Origin: Alphaproteobacteria bacterium | GTDB lineage: Bacteria; Pseudomonadota; Alphaproteobacteria; Bin95 | Assembly (NCBI GenBank): GCA_963665325.3 | Contig: CAXXWS020000002.1 | Location: 768,001 to 832,000, forward strand | DNA: 64,000 nt | Reading direction: 5' to 3' | Shown: positions 32,508 to 41,377 of the stretch, in pieces | Position numbering within the stretch: the stretch's first letter is position 1 | Layout of the letters: each line of letters opens with the position of its first letter | Notes under the pieces: model-generated | Database searches by the model: none | Told to the model about the DNA's origin: nothing | The model's input: only the letters and a program-made list of their open reading frames with translations | Made by a program: the position numbers and the translations under genes

Positions 32508-33389
32508 TTACGGCATGACCTTTACATCCGCGTTGCGCTCGACGGTGCGCAGCAGCTCGGTCACATCAGCCTCGCGGCCCAGATGGGCGAGCGAGGCCTG
32601 GTGCAGCTCGCGCACGACATTGGCGACGAACATGGGCGCGGCGCTGTCGGAGCCGAGCTGGGTCGCCAGGCGTACATCCTTGTGCATCAGCGCCAATGCG
32701 AAATCGAAGGGCTGCGGGCCCTCTGTCTGCGCGGCCAGCATGGCCTCCGACATGAAGCTTCGGCCCGAGCTCTTGTTCAGCACCTCGACGGCCCTGGCGA
32801 AGTCGAGCCCGTTCTTGACCCCCATCGCGACCGCTTCGCAGGCAGCCGCATATGCGGAAGCGGCGGTCACATTGTTCACCAGCTTCATCACATGGCCCGT
32901 CCCGACGCCGCCGCAATGGAAGACGTTGGGGCTGATGGCATGCAGCATCGGCAGCACCTCGGCGTAATCGGCATCCTCCGCGCCGACCATGATCGCGATG
33001 GTGCCGGCGTCCGCCCCCTTCTTGCCGCCCGAGACCGGCGCGTCGATCAGCCGGATGCCGCGCTCCGCGAGTTCCGCCGCCATGGCGCGCGTCGCATTCG
33101 GGTCGCCGGTCGTCTGGTCGAGGATGATGTTGCCCGGAGCCATACCCTCGGCAAGCCCGCCCGGCCCGAACACCGCCTGACGCACATTATCCGAGGTCGG
33201 CAGGCAGGTCAGCACGGTTCCGCACTCCGCGCCGAGTGCTGCGGCAGACTGGACCGGCGTGCAATTGTTGTCTGCCAGCGCCTGCATCGCCTCGGGGCGC
33301 AGGTCGAAGACGCGCAGCGGATGGGTGAGGGCGAGGCGGCGGGCCAGCGCGCCTCCCATGTTGCCGAGGCCGACATAGCCGATGCTCAT
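32508..33389 (-). CDS. Beta-hydroxyacid dehydrogenase (3-hydroxyisobutyrate dehydrogenase family)
   Basis: GYVGLGNMG, DAPVSGG, GHVMKLVNN catalytic Lys, MHKDVRLA. Confidence 0.9.
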   Translation of the reverse strand: MSIGYVGLGNMGGALARRLALTHPLRVFDLRPEAMQALADNNCTPVQSAAALGAECGTVLTCLPTSDNVRQAVFGPGGLAEGMAPGNIILDQTTGDPNATRAMAAELAERGIRLIDAPVSGGKKGADAGTIAIMVGAEDADYAEVLPMLHAISPNVFHCGGVGTGHVMKLVNNVTAASAYAAACEAVAMGVKNGLDFARAVEVLNKSSGRSFMSEAMLAAQTEGPQPFDFALALMHKDVRLATQLGSDSAAPMFVANVVRELHQASLAHLGREADVTELLRTVERNADVKVMP

Positions 33390-33488
33390 GGGGACGGTTC
33401 CTTCGTTTCCGATTTTCAGGCTATCCTATGCAGAATTCGCGCGCCGGAAAGCAGGATGGCCCCAAGGGGTGTCCGAGGAGTTCAGTCT

Positions 33489-34259
33489 ATGCCCGATTCC
33501 CATGCTGCCGACTATTCGATGCAGGACCGCGTAAGCCCCGAGGAATGGGCCATTCGCGTCGATCTCGCCGCGCTCTACCGCCTCTGCGCCCGGCACGGCA
33601 TGACCGACCTCACCTACACGCACCTCTCCGCGCGGGTGCCGGGCGACGAGGATGCGTTCCTCCTCAACCCCTGGGGCCTGCTGTTTGAGCAGGTGACAGC
33701 CTCGAACCTGGTCAAGGTCGACACGGAAGGCAATCTGCTGGGCGAGAACCGCTACGGGGTCAATGCCGCCGGTTTCACCATCCACTCTGCGGTCCACATG
33801 GCGCGGCACGATCTGATTTGCGTCGCGCATACCCACACCCGCACGGGCATTGCGATCTCGGCGCTGCCGCAGGGCCTCCGGCCGGTGAACCAGAAGGCGA
33901 TGCAGTTCCACGGGCGCCTCGCCTACCACGACTATGAGGGCATCGCCTTCGACCTCGGAGAGCGCGAGCGGCTGATCGCGGATCTGGGCGACGCGGATGC
34001 GATGGTGCTGAGGAACCATGGGTTTCTTGTCGGCGGACGCAGCATTCGCGAAGCCTGGGCGCGGCTCTACGACCTCGAAAAGGCTGCAAAGACGCAGATG
34101 CTCGCCGAGGCCTCCGGCGCGCCGCTCGCCACGCTCTCGGATGCATTCCTCGACGAGCAGAAGAACCGGCCGCGGCTGAACCGCAGCTACAATCCCTATG
34201 ACGGTTGGGAATCGCAGCTTCGCCTGCTGGACCGGGCCGACACCTCCTACCGGCACTGA
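33489..34259 (+). CDS. Class II aldolase/adducin family protein
   Basis: RVDLAALYR, THLSAR, FLLNP, IHSAVH, HTHT, LRNHG, DYEGIA; SD GAGGAG. Confidence 0.9.
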   Translation: MPDSHAADYSMQDRVSPEEWAIRVDLAALYRLCARHGMTDLTYTHLSARVPGDEDAFLLNPWGLLFEQVTASNLVKVDTEGNLLGENRYGVNAAGFTIHSAVHMARHDLICVAHTHTRTGIAISALPQGLRPVNQKAMQFHGRLAYHDYEGIAFDLGERERLIADLGDADAMVLRNHGFLVGGRSIREAWARLYDLEKAAKTQMLAEASGAPLATLSDAFLDEQKNRPRLNRSYNPYDGWESQLRLLDRADTSYRH

Positions 34260-34278
34260 AACGGGAGCGCGTAGTCTC

Positions 34279-35046
34279 ATGCCCGACATCCGTTCCCGCG
34301 TCTCCGAGGCCGAATGGCAGGCGCGCACCGACCTGGCGGCCGTCTTCCGGCTGGCGGCGAAGCACGACCTTTCCGACTTGGCACTCACCCATTTCGCGGC
34401 GCGGGTGCCGGACGAACCCGACAGCTTCCTCCTCAACCCCTACGGGCTGATGTTCGAGGAGATGACCGCCTCCTCGCTGGTCAAGACAGACCGCGACGGC
34501 GGCGATCCGCTGGACACGGGCAGTCCGCTGAACGCGGTCGGGATCATGCTGCATTCCGCCGTGCTCGATGCTCGGTCGGACGTGGCCTGCACCGTGCATA
34601 CGCACACCGTGCCCGGCATGGCGATTTCTTCCCTGGACACCGAACTGCTGCCGGCTTCGCAGACCGCGCTGATCTTCCACGGGCGCGTCGGCTACCACGA
34701 CTGGGAGACCGACGAGACGGAGCTGGACGAGCGCGAGCGGCTCGCGCGCGATATCGGCTCCAACGGGCGGGCATTGATCCTGAAGAATCACGGCCTGTTG
34801 GCCGCCGGCCCCTCGATCCCGACAACCTGGATGCTGCTCCACGCTCTGGAACGGGCCTGCGCCTCGCAGCTGGACGCGATGGCGGCGACCCGCGCCGCCG
34901 GCGCCGGGCTCGAAATGCCGCGGGCGGAGGTTTGCGAGAGCACCGCCAGGCAGTTCGACGAGTTCCTGGCCCGGCCCAGCCGGGACGACGACTGGCCGGC
35001 CTATCTGGAACTGCTCGACCGGGAAGACCCGAGCTACAGGGAATAA
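34279..35046 (+). CDS. Class II aldolase/adducin family protein (tandem paralog)
   Basis: RTDLAAVFR, FLLNPYG, LHSAV, HTHT, LKNHG; ATG 34279. Confidence 0.9.
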   Translation: MPDIRSRVSEAEWQARTDLAAVFRLAAKHDLSDLALTHFAARVPDEPDSFLLNPYGLMFEEMTASSLVKTDRDGGDPLDTGSPLNAVGIMLHSAVLDARSDVACTVHTHTVPGMAISSLDTELLPASQTALIFHGRVGYHDWETDETELDERERLARDIGSNGRALILKNHGLLAAGPSIPTTWMLLHALERACASQLDAMAATRAAGAGLEMPRAEVCESTARQFDEFLARPSRDDDWPAYLELLDREDPSYRE

Positions 35047-35101
35047 GCCGCCGAACGCCACCTAGCAGGGGAGAGCAGCCGCAAGGCTGCGCCGTCAAGC
35101 C

Positions 35102-35944
35102 ATGAACATGACCGAATCGAAAGTCGCGATGGACTATGCCCGCGACGGTTTCGTCTTTCCGCTCGATATCGTGACGCAGGCGGAAGCCGCGGAACTGCGC
35201 GCCGACCTGGAGAAGGGTGAGGCCGAGCTGGCCGATGACCGCAAGCGCCTCGGCCTGCTGCGCGGGTTCCCGGCGCGGTTCCTGCCGTCCTTCGACCGCC
35301 TCGTGCGCCATCCGAAGATGGTGGAAGCGGCTAAGGCGGTGCTCGGGCCGGATGTCATGGTCTGGGGCTCCGGGCTGTTCATCAAGGAGGCGAACACGCC
35401 GAGCTTCGTTTCCTGGCACCAGGACCTGACCTATTGGGGCCTCGACAAGGCCGAGGAGACGACCCTCTGGGTCGCGCTCTCGCCGACGACGCAGGAGAGC
35501 GGCTGCATGCGCTTCATCCCCGGCAGCCACCGGGAGCGCATCGTGCCGCATGCCGACAGCTTCGCCGCCGACAACCTGCTGACGCGCGGCCAGGAAATTC
35601 AGGTCGAGGTGGACGAAGAGGCCGCCGTCGATGTGGTGTTGAAGCCGGGCCAGGCCTCGCTGCACCATGGCCACCTGTTCCACGCCTCTGGCCCCAACCG
35701 CACGGGCGACCGGCGCATCGGGGCCGCCATCCGCTACATCGCGCCCTCCATGAGTGCGCGCTCCGGTCCGGAAACCGAGGTCGCGCTGGTGGCGGGCGAG
35801 GATCGCTTCGGGCACTTCGCCATCGTGCCCCCGCCGGCCCGTCGGATGGACGAAGCGGACTTCGAGACGGTCGCGGCCGATGCCGAACGGCGCGAGCAGA
35901 TCCTGTTCGACGGCACGGGCGGCCGCCGGCGCAAGCCGCGATAG
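35102..35944 (+). CDS. Phytanoyl-CoA dioxygenase (PhyH) family Fe(II)/2OG dioxygenase
   Basis: FIKE, WHQD (HxD), WVAL, GCMRFIPGSH, distal His HASGPN, RRIG. Confidence 0.9.
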   Translation: MNMTESKVAMDYARDGFVFPLDIVTQAEAAELRADLEKGEAELADDRKRLGLLRGFPARFLPSFDRLVRHPKMVEAAKAVLGPDVMVWGSGLFIKEANTPSFVSWHQDLTYWGLDKAEETTLWVALSPTTQESGCMRFIPGSHRERIVPHADSFAADNLLTRGQEIQVEVDEEAAVDVVLKPGQASLHHGHLFHASGPNRTGDRRIGAAIRYIAPSMSARSGPETEVALVAGEDRFGHFAIVPPPARRMDEADFETVAADAERREQILFDGTGGRRRKPR

Positions 35945-36000
35945 CGGCGGCGGGACGCCCGGCCTCTCGATGTCGCCCGCGTAACGGGAGGGGAGTCGCG

Positions 36001-36912
36001 GTGACGGGCGCCGACTTGCCGAAGGCGCAGCCCGCGTTGACCTTCGCCGGATGCCGGTCTGCAACCCTTGAGGATATTCGCGCCGGTCTCGTGGTCTTCA
36101 GCGGGGTCGGCGGGGAACAGGCAAGCGCCAGCGGCGTCGCCGCGCGCCCATACGGATCGGCGGCATCGTCGGTGCGCGCGGCATCGAACGGCCTGCTGCG
36201 CCCCTATCGGGAGTCGCCCTCCGGCGTTGCGGTCGATCTCGACACGGGCCGGCGTTCAAGGTTGCGCGCCCCCGGTTCCTGCATCGATCTCGGCGATCTC
36301 GTGTCGTCCGGGGACCGGAACGACGCCTGCGCAACCCTCAGCGGCCGAATTGCCGAGGCGGGAGCGCGGCCTCTGTTCGTCGGCGGAGGCGATGAAGCAG
36401 CCCGAGGGTTGGCCGCCGGCATTTGCGGCGCACATTCGATGGTCGGTGCAATCGAAATCGGCGACCGCTGCCTCGCCGGACGCCTGGGCATTGCCGGACC
36501 GGTTCTTTCCCTCGGCGTCAGCGGGTTTCAGGACGTCGGGGTCTGGCGCCGGCAAATCGCGAACGGCGGCAGGATCGTGACGGCCGAACAGCTGCACGAC
36601 AACGGCCTCAATGCAGCGCGGGAGGGTTTGTCGGACTATGGCGGCGGCGATGCCGGACCTGTTTGCATCCTCGACTGCCGGGCGGTCGATATCGGCTACG
36701 CTGCCGGATGCGACAGCTTCACGGTCGGCGGCCTGACCCCGGAGCAGTTCGTTTCCCTGGCCGAACTGGCGGGCGCCTCGTCGCCACCCTCCGCAGCAGC
36801 GGTCATCCACCTCGATCCGGCCCGGGACCCGCGCGGCCACATGGAAAGCCTGGTCGCGGAGGCACTCCTTGCCCTCTTCCGGGATGCGCTCTTCCAGGAA
36901 ATCGAACCGTGA
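36001..36912 (+). CDS. Ureohydrolase (arginase/agmatinase)-fold protein A, metal ligands lost
   Basis: LTFAG, VRAAS, IDLGD, PLFVGGGD (for GGDH), ILDCRAVD (for SxDxD), GGLTP, LDPARD; GTG after GGAGGGGAG; 303 aa. Confidence 0.7.
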   Translation: MTGADLPKAQPALTFAGCRSATLEDIRAGLVVFSGVGGEQASASGVAARPYGSAASSVRAASNGLLRPYRESPSGVAVDLDTGRRSRLRAPGSCIDLGDLVSSGDRNDACATLSGRIAEAGARPLFVGGGDEAARGLAAGICGAHSMVGAIEIGDRCLAGRLGIAGPVLSLGVSGFQDVGVWRRQIANGGRIVTAEQLHDNGLNAAREGLSDYGGGDAGPVCILDCRAVDIGYAAGCDSFTVGGLTPEQFVSLAELAGASSPPSAAAVIHLDPARDPRGHMESLVAEALLALFRDALFQEIEP

Positions 36913-37826
36913 CGGTTGAAGCAGGGCGCGCGCCGGTCCCGGAGTCACTCTCCGGGGTGCCGACATTCTTCAATGCGCCGGTCGCCGATCTCGAAGATGT
37001 CGGACCCGGAGACGTGGCGGTCGTCGGCATCTACTGCGACCACTATGCCGAAGGCGAACCGGGCGCCCGTTTCCTTCCGCGGCAATTCCGCTATGCCTGC
37101 GCCCTCGACGGACGCGAGCCGCCGTCGGGCGTCTTCGATCTGGGCGATTTGAGCGTCTTTCCCCTCGAACCGGAGCGGTGCATGGAGGTCCTCTCGGATC
37201 AGGCCCTGCGGCTGACCGGAACGGGCGCGCACATGCTCGCAATCGGCGGGGATTACGGGCTGACGCCGGCGCTGCTGGCCGGTCTGCGTGCGGCGCGGCC
37301 TTCCGGGACGCTGGGCGTATTGCGCATCTCCGGTTCGGCCGACTTGGCCCCGAGCGGCACATCGGTTCTCGCGCGCACCGCCGCCAGCACCCGGATCCGG
37401 GCGATGGGAGGGGGCTTAGACGTTGCATTCGCCTGGCTGTCCGGCCCGGTGCCCGAGGCCGAAGCGGGCGCGCTCGCGGAAACGATATTCATCCCCGCGC
37501 GCGGCTGCCTCGGCGAAACGCCCGCCGGGATCGCGCCGCTTCGCGCCTGGGCCGAGAGCCAAGACCGCATCTATCTCAGTGTGGACGCCGATGTCCTGTC
37601 GCCCGCCTGCGCACGGACGGCGAGGGCCCGGCGACAAGGAGGCCTGTCTCATGGAGACGTGCTGAGGCTTCTCGATGCGCTCGGCCCACTGCATCCGGTC
37701 GGTGCTGAGTTCACCGGCCTTGTGCCGGACCTGGATGTTGCGGGACGCGGGCGCAGGACCATGTGCCTGGATTTGGTCGAGGCGCTGCTTTCCGGGGTGA
37801 TTGCGGGGCGCGACTCATGCCGCTGA
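36909..37826 (+). CDS. Ureohydrolase-fold protein B, partially degenerate
   Basis: GVPTFFNAP, VAVVGI, PGARFLP, FDLGD, GGDY, ISGSAD (for DAHxD), YLSVDADVLSP, GGLS; GTGA overlap; 305 aa. Confidence 0.78.
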   Translation: MTVEAGRAPVPESLSGVPTFFNAPVADLEDVGPGDVAVVGIYCDHYAEGEPGARFLPRQFRYACALDGREPPSGVFDLGDLSVFPLEPERCMEVLSDQALRLTGTGAHMLAIGGDYGLTPALLAGLRAARPSGTLGVLRISGSADLAPSGTSVLARTAASTRIRAMGGGLDVAFAWLSGPVPEAEAGALAETIFIPARGCLGETPAGIAPLRAWAESQDRIYLSVDADVLSPACARTARARRQGGLSHGDVLRLLDALGPLHPVGAEFTGLVPDLDVAGRGRRTMCLDLVEALLSGVIAGRDSCR

Positions 37827-38752
37827 GGACGGCACCCCTGCCGCGCATGGCCGGACACCTCACCTTCATGCGTGTCGAGCATGCGGCGGCCGATGCGCTG
37901 GCGACCGGCAGTATCGGCCTCGTCGGCATTCCGCGCGAAGACACCGATACGCGCACAACCGGCGCCCGGTTCGGCCCGAATGCGATTCGCGAGACCTCCG
38001 TCTATTTCGGCTGGCATGCCAACCCGCAGTTCAGCCGTCCGATCGCTATCGGTGACCGCATGGCGATTGACACATCGTCGATACAGGCATGCCTCTTCGA
38101 TCTCGGGGACATCCCCGTAGGCGGGCTGACCGCGGAAGCCGGCGACGACCTCATCCGCGCAACGCTCGGACAAATTGCCCGTTCCGGAGCGTCCGCACTC
38201 GTTCTCGGCGGGGACAGCGGCATCGTGGTGCCGGCGCTGGAGGGCGTTGCCATGGAAACGCCGGCTGCCCGGGTCCAGATCGGAGGGTTCGCAAGCATGG
38301 CGGGGAGTGGCGGCCCTGCGCTCCATTTCGCTCCGCGCAGGATTGCTCCCGCCAAGGTAGCGCCGGATCGCGGCGCATCCCGCCCGACGATCGTGAGCGC
38401 CCGGCAACTGGCCGGCCTCGACGACGGCGCGATAAGCCGAATGGCGGAGCGCGCCGCCGGCGGACGTCCCCTGGCGGTGCATCTCGATCTCTCGGCGCTC
38501 AATTCCTGCTGGCACGGAGCCTCCGACATGCCGCGCTTCGACGGTCTGGCCCTGTCCAGGCTCAGGCGGGTGCTGACCGGGCTGGGCCGCCTTCCCGTTG
38601 CGATGCTCGTCGTGACGGGCCTGAACCCGACGCTCAGCGGCCTCGCAACGGTCAAGACCGGTCAGCGCCTGCTGGTGACCGCGCTGCTCGATTACATCTG
38701 CGCACGTCTGGGCGCGCCGGAGGACCGCAACCGCGAAGGGCGGACGGCATGA
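37817..38752 (+). CDS. Ureohydrolase-fold protein C, metal ligands lost
   Basis: PRMAGHLTFMR, LVGIP, GARFGPNAIRETS, FDLGD, LGGDS, QIGGFAS, HLDLSALN, GLNP; 311 aa. Confidence 0.78.
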   Translation: MPLRTAPLPRMAGHLTFMRVEHAAADALATGSIGLVGIPREDTDTRTTGARFGPNAIRETSVYFGWHANPQFSRPIAIGDRMAIDTSSIQACLFDLGDIPVGGLTAEAGDDLIRATLGQIARSGASALVLGGDSGIVVPALEGVAMETPAARVQIGGFASMAGSGGPALHFAPRRIAPAKVAPDRGASRPTIVSARQLAGLDDGAISRMAERAAGGRPLAVHLDLSALNSCWHGASDMPRFDGLALSRLRRVLTGLGRLPVAMLVVTGLNPTLSGLATVKTGQRLLVTALLDYICARLGAPEDRNREGRTA

Positions 38753-39750
38753 CGGTCCTGTCGTTCCAGCTGGCGGAACCGACGCTCTTCGATGTCGGGC
38801 GCTGCGATGCCGACCGGATCGAACCGGGGGAGGTCGGCGTCGTCGGCATGCCGTCGGACTGGACGCACGGGAGTCGAATCGGCACGCGCTTCGGGCCTTA
38901 TGCCGCACGCCGGGCCACAACCGGGCTCATGCGCTGGAGAGCGGCTAAATGCGCGGGCGGCGATCTGGTGGATCCCGTCGCTGGAACCCTTTGGCGGGGT
39001 CGGGACCGTCCTGCGATCCGGGATCTCGGAGACGCTCCCATCGATGCTCAGTCGGTGCAGGCCACGACCGCTTCGATTGCCGCGCTCACCCGGGCCGTTC
39101 GCGCCCGCGGCGGCGTCCCCCTTGCGGTCGGGGGCGACCACTACAACAGTTTCCCCGCCTGCCTCGGCTATGCGCGCGGCCTTGCCGAGCGCCATCCCTC
39201 CCGCCGCTTCGGGTATGTCCAGATCGACGGCCATCTGGACTTTTCCGACCGGCTCGGGGCCTGGGGCACGCACAATCATGCGACCAACGCCCGGCGCATA
39301 TCCGAGATCGGGAACATCGTGCCGCAGAACATGGTGTGGATCGGTATCGAGGGTTGGGTCGATGGTGGCGACCTCGCGCTGATCGACGAGATGGGCGGCC
39401 TGGTGCTCTCCGCCGCGGATGTCCACCGCCTCGGACCCGACGAAACCGTGGCGCGCGCTCTGGCCCATGCAACCCGCGGGTGCGAGAGCCTCTATCTGTC
39501 CATAGATATCGACGCGATGGACGCGGGCTTCCTTCCCGGAACCGGATCGATCGTCCATAGCGGCATTACGCCGAGGCAATATTGCCGCATGTTGGCCGCA
39601 CTCGCCTTCGCTCCGGTCGACGGGCTGGATATCGTTGAGCTCTCTCCGCCGCTCGACCCGTCCGGCCGCAGCGAGCGCATCGTGGCGCAGATGCTGGAGC
39701 ATGTGCTCCGTCCCTATCTCTACGAACGAGTCGAGGGGCGTCTTGCATGA
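38749..39750 (+). CDS. Agmatinase/guanidino-hydrolase family ureohydrolase D, catalytic motifs intact
   Basis: GTRFGP, DLGD, GGDH, DGHLD, NHAT, SIDIDAMD, PGTG, DIVELSPPLD; ATGA overlap; 333 aa. Confidence 0.9.
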   Translation: MTVLSFQLAEPTLFDVGRCDADRIEPGEVGVVGMPSDWTHGSRIGTRFGPYAARRATTGLMRWRAAKCAGGDLVDPVAGTLWRGRDRPAIRDLGDAPIDAQSVQATTASIAALTRAVRARGGVPLAVGGDHYNSFPACLGYARGLAERHPSRRFGYVQIDGHLDFSDRLGAWGTHNHATNARRISEIGNIVPQNMVWIGIEGWVDGGDLALIDEMGGLVLSAADVHRLGPDETVARALAHATRGCESLYLSIDIDAMDAGFLPGTGSIVHSGITPRQYCRMLAALAFAPVDGLDIVELSPPLDPSGRSERIVAQMLEHVLRPYLYERVEGRLA

Positions 39751-39814
39751 TCCGGCGCAAGACGTCTCCCGCTTACACCCGGCTGCCCGACAATTTGCAC
39801 TGAGGAGCGCGACC

Positions 39815-40798
39815 ATGCGTATCGCCATCGAAGACGCCCACGTCCTGCTGACCGGCGTGATGGCGAAGCTCGGCTACGAGGCGGGCGACATCCCCGCCAT
39901 CGTGGACCATCTGATCGACAGCGAGCTTCGCGGGCTCTCATATGGCGGCCTGGCGCGGGCGGTGTCGATTACCGAGCGCATCGGGCGCACCGGGATGCCC
40001 TCCCGGCCCATGACGGTCACGCACGAGACGCCGGTTTCGGCCCGGATCGACGGCTCGGACCATCTCGGCTACCTCGTCGGCCAGCGCGCGACCGACATGG
40101 CCATCGGGAAGGCCAGTGCGATGGGCCTCTCGGCCGTCGGCGCGATCGATACCTGGTACACGGGCATGCTCAGCTACTTCGCCGAGCAGGCGGCGGCCCG
40201 CGACCTCGTGACGATGATCGCTTCCAACGCTTCGCCCTGGGTGGCGCCACACGGGGCTGTAGAGGGTCGATTCGGCACCAACCCGATGTGTTTCGGCTTT
40301 CCTTCGACTGGCCACCCCATCGTCTGGGATATAGGCACCAGCAACATCATGCATGCCGAGGTGCTGCTCGCCCGCCGTCAGGGCGTTCGGTTGCCGGAAG
40401 GCCGCGCCTTCGGTCCCGACGGCCGGCCGACCACCGATCCCGACGCGGCGCTGGCAGGCGCGTTCACGAGCTGGGGCGGGCACAAGGGCTCCGGCCTCGG
40501 CCTGGTCGTGCAGATGCTGGGGGTGCTGGCCGGCTCCGATGGCATGACTCCCGACCTTGCCGGGTTCGGCATGGTCATCGTCGCCATCCGCCCCGATATT
40601 TTCGGCGACACGGACGGATTCAAGCAGCGCATCGCTGACTATGCGGAGGCGGTGCGGACGGCGAAGCCCGCCGATCCGGCAAAGCCCGTCCGAATGCCCT
40701 TCGACCGCTCATGGGCCGTGCGCGAGGCCGCGAGGGCCTCGGGCGCCTTCGAGGCGGACGAAGCCATCGTCGAGCAGCTGCGGGCGTTCGTCGGCTAG
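39815..40798 (+). CDS. Ldh_2 family oxidoreductase (ComC/AllD/DpkA superfamily)
   Basis: SELRG, VAPHG, FGTNP, WDIGTS, GRPTTDP, GGHKGSGL; SD GAGGAG. Confidence 0.88.
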   Translation: MRIAIEDAHVLLTGVMAKLGYEAGDIPAIVDHLIDSELRGLSYGGLARAVSITERIGRTGMPSRPMTVTHETPVSARIDGSDHLGYLVGQRATDMAIGKASAMGLSAVGAIDTWYTGMLSYFAEQAAARDLVTMIASNASPWVAPHGAVEGRFGTNPMCFGFPSTGHPIVWDIGTSNIMHAEVLLARRQGVRLPEGRAFGPDGRPTTDPDAALAGAFTSWGGHKGSGLGLVVQMLGVLAGSDGMTPDLAGFGMVIVAIRPDIFGDTDGFKQRIADYAEAVRTAKPADPAKPVRMPFDRSWAVREAARASGAFEADEAIVEQLRAFVG

Positions 40799-40810
40799 GA
40801 GCGCCTGAAG

Positions 40811-41299
40811 GTGGGCGGGGAACCGATAGCAATTGTCGAGGCCTCGCGGGCCGATGAAATCGCCGAAATTCGGGCGCTCTTCGCGGAATACCAGCAATGG
40901 CTGGGCGAAGACCTCTCCTTCCAGGACTTCCCGGCGGAACTGGACTCGCTGGCGGAGTTGTATGCGCCGCCGGAAGGGCTGCTGTTGCTCGCCCGCGCCC
41001 CTGACGGAGCGGTGGCCGGCGGCGTCGGCATGAAGGGGCTGGAACCCGGCATCTGCGAAATGAAACGCCTCTTTGTCCGCCCGTCCTGGCGCGGCCACGG
41101 CTTGGGACGCTCGCTGGCCGAGGCGGTCGTGCAGGCAGGACGGGATGCGGGCTACGCGTTCATGCGCCTCGACACGCTGGCCCGCCTGGAAGAGGCGGTC
41201 GCGCTCTACCGGTCGATCGGCTTCTACGAGATCGCGCCCTATTACGAGAACCCGATGGACGGCGTGTTCTATCTGGAAAAGGCGCTGGGCCGAGGGTGA
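40811..41299 (+). CDS. GNAT family N-acetyltransferase
   Basis: LSFQDF..EL..L...YAPPEG, CEMKRLFVRPSWRGHGLG, MRLDTL, LYRSIGF. Confidence 0.9.
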   Translation: MGGEPIAIVEASRADEIAEIRALFAEYQQWLGEDLSFQDFPAELDSLAELYAPPEGLLLLARAPDGAVAGGVGMKGLEPGICEMKRLFVRPSWRGHGLGRSLAEAVVQAGRDAGYAFMRLDTLARLEEAVALYRSIGFYEIAPYYENPMDGVFYLEKALGRG

Positions 41300-41377
41300 C
41301 GACGGCGGGCGAAACGATGCAGAATGGCCGCAATCGAACGGGATGGCGGCAGAATTGCCGCGAACTGGGGGAAGCGC

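Noticed and set aside
35945-36000. Possible guanidine-II (mini-ykkC) riboswitch before the ureohydrolase quartet (CGGG-ACG-CCCG and CCCG-CGTAA-CGGG)
   Set aside because: That class needs two hairpins with ACGR tetraloops; neither loop matches. cmscan would settle it
36001-38752. Reading ureohydrolase A-C as simple pseudogenes
   Set aside because: All are full length, free of stops and frameshifts, and translationally coupled despite deep divergence; disfavoured but not excluded without dN/dS
39747-39803. 18-codon mini-ORF (MIRRKTSPAYTRLPDNLH) bridging ureohydrolase D and the Ldh_2 SD
   Set aside because: Easily arises by chance from an ATGA stop context; no other support
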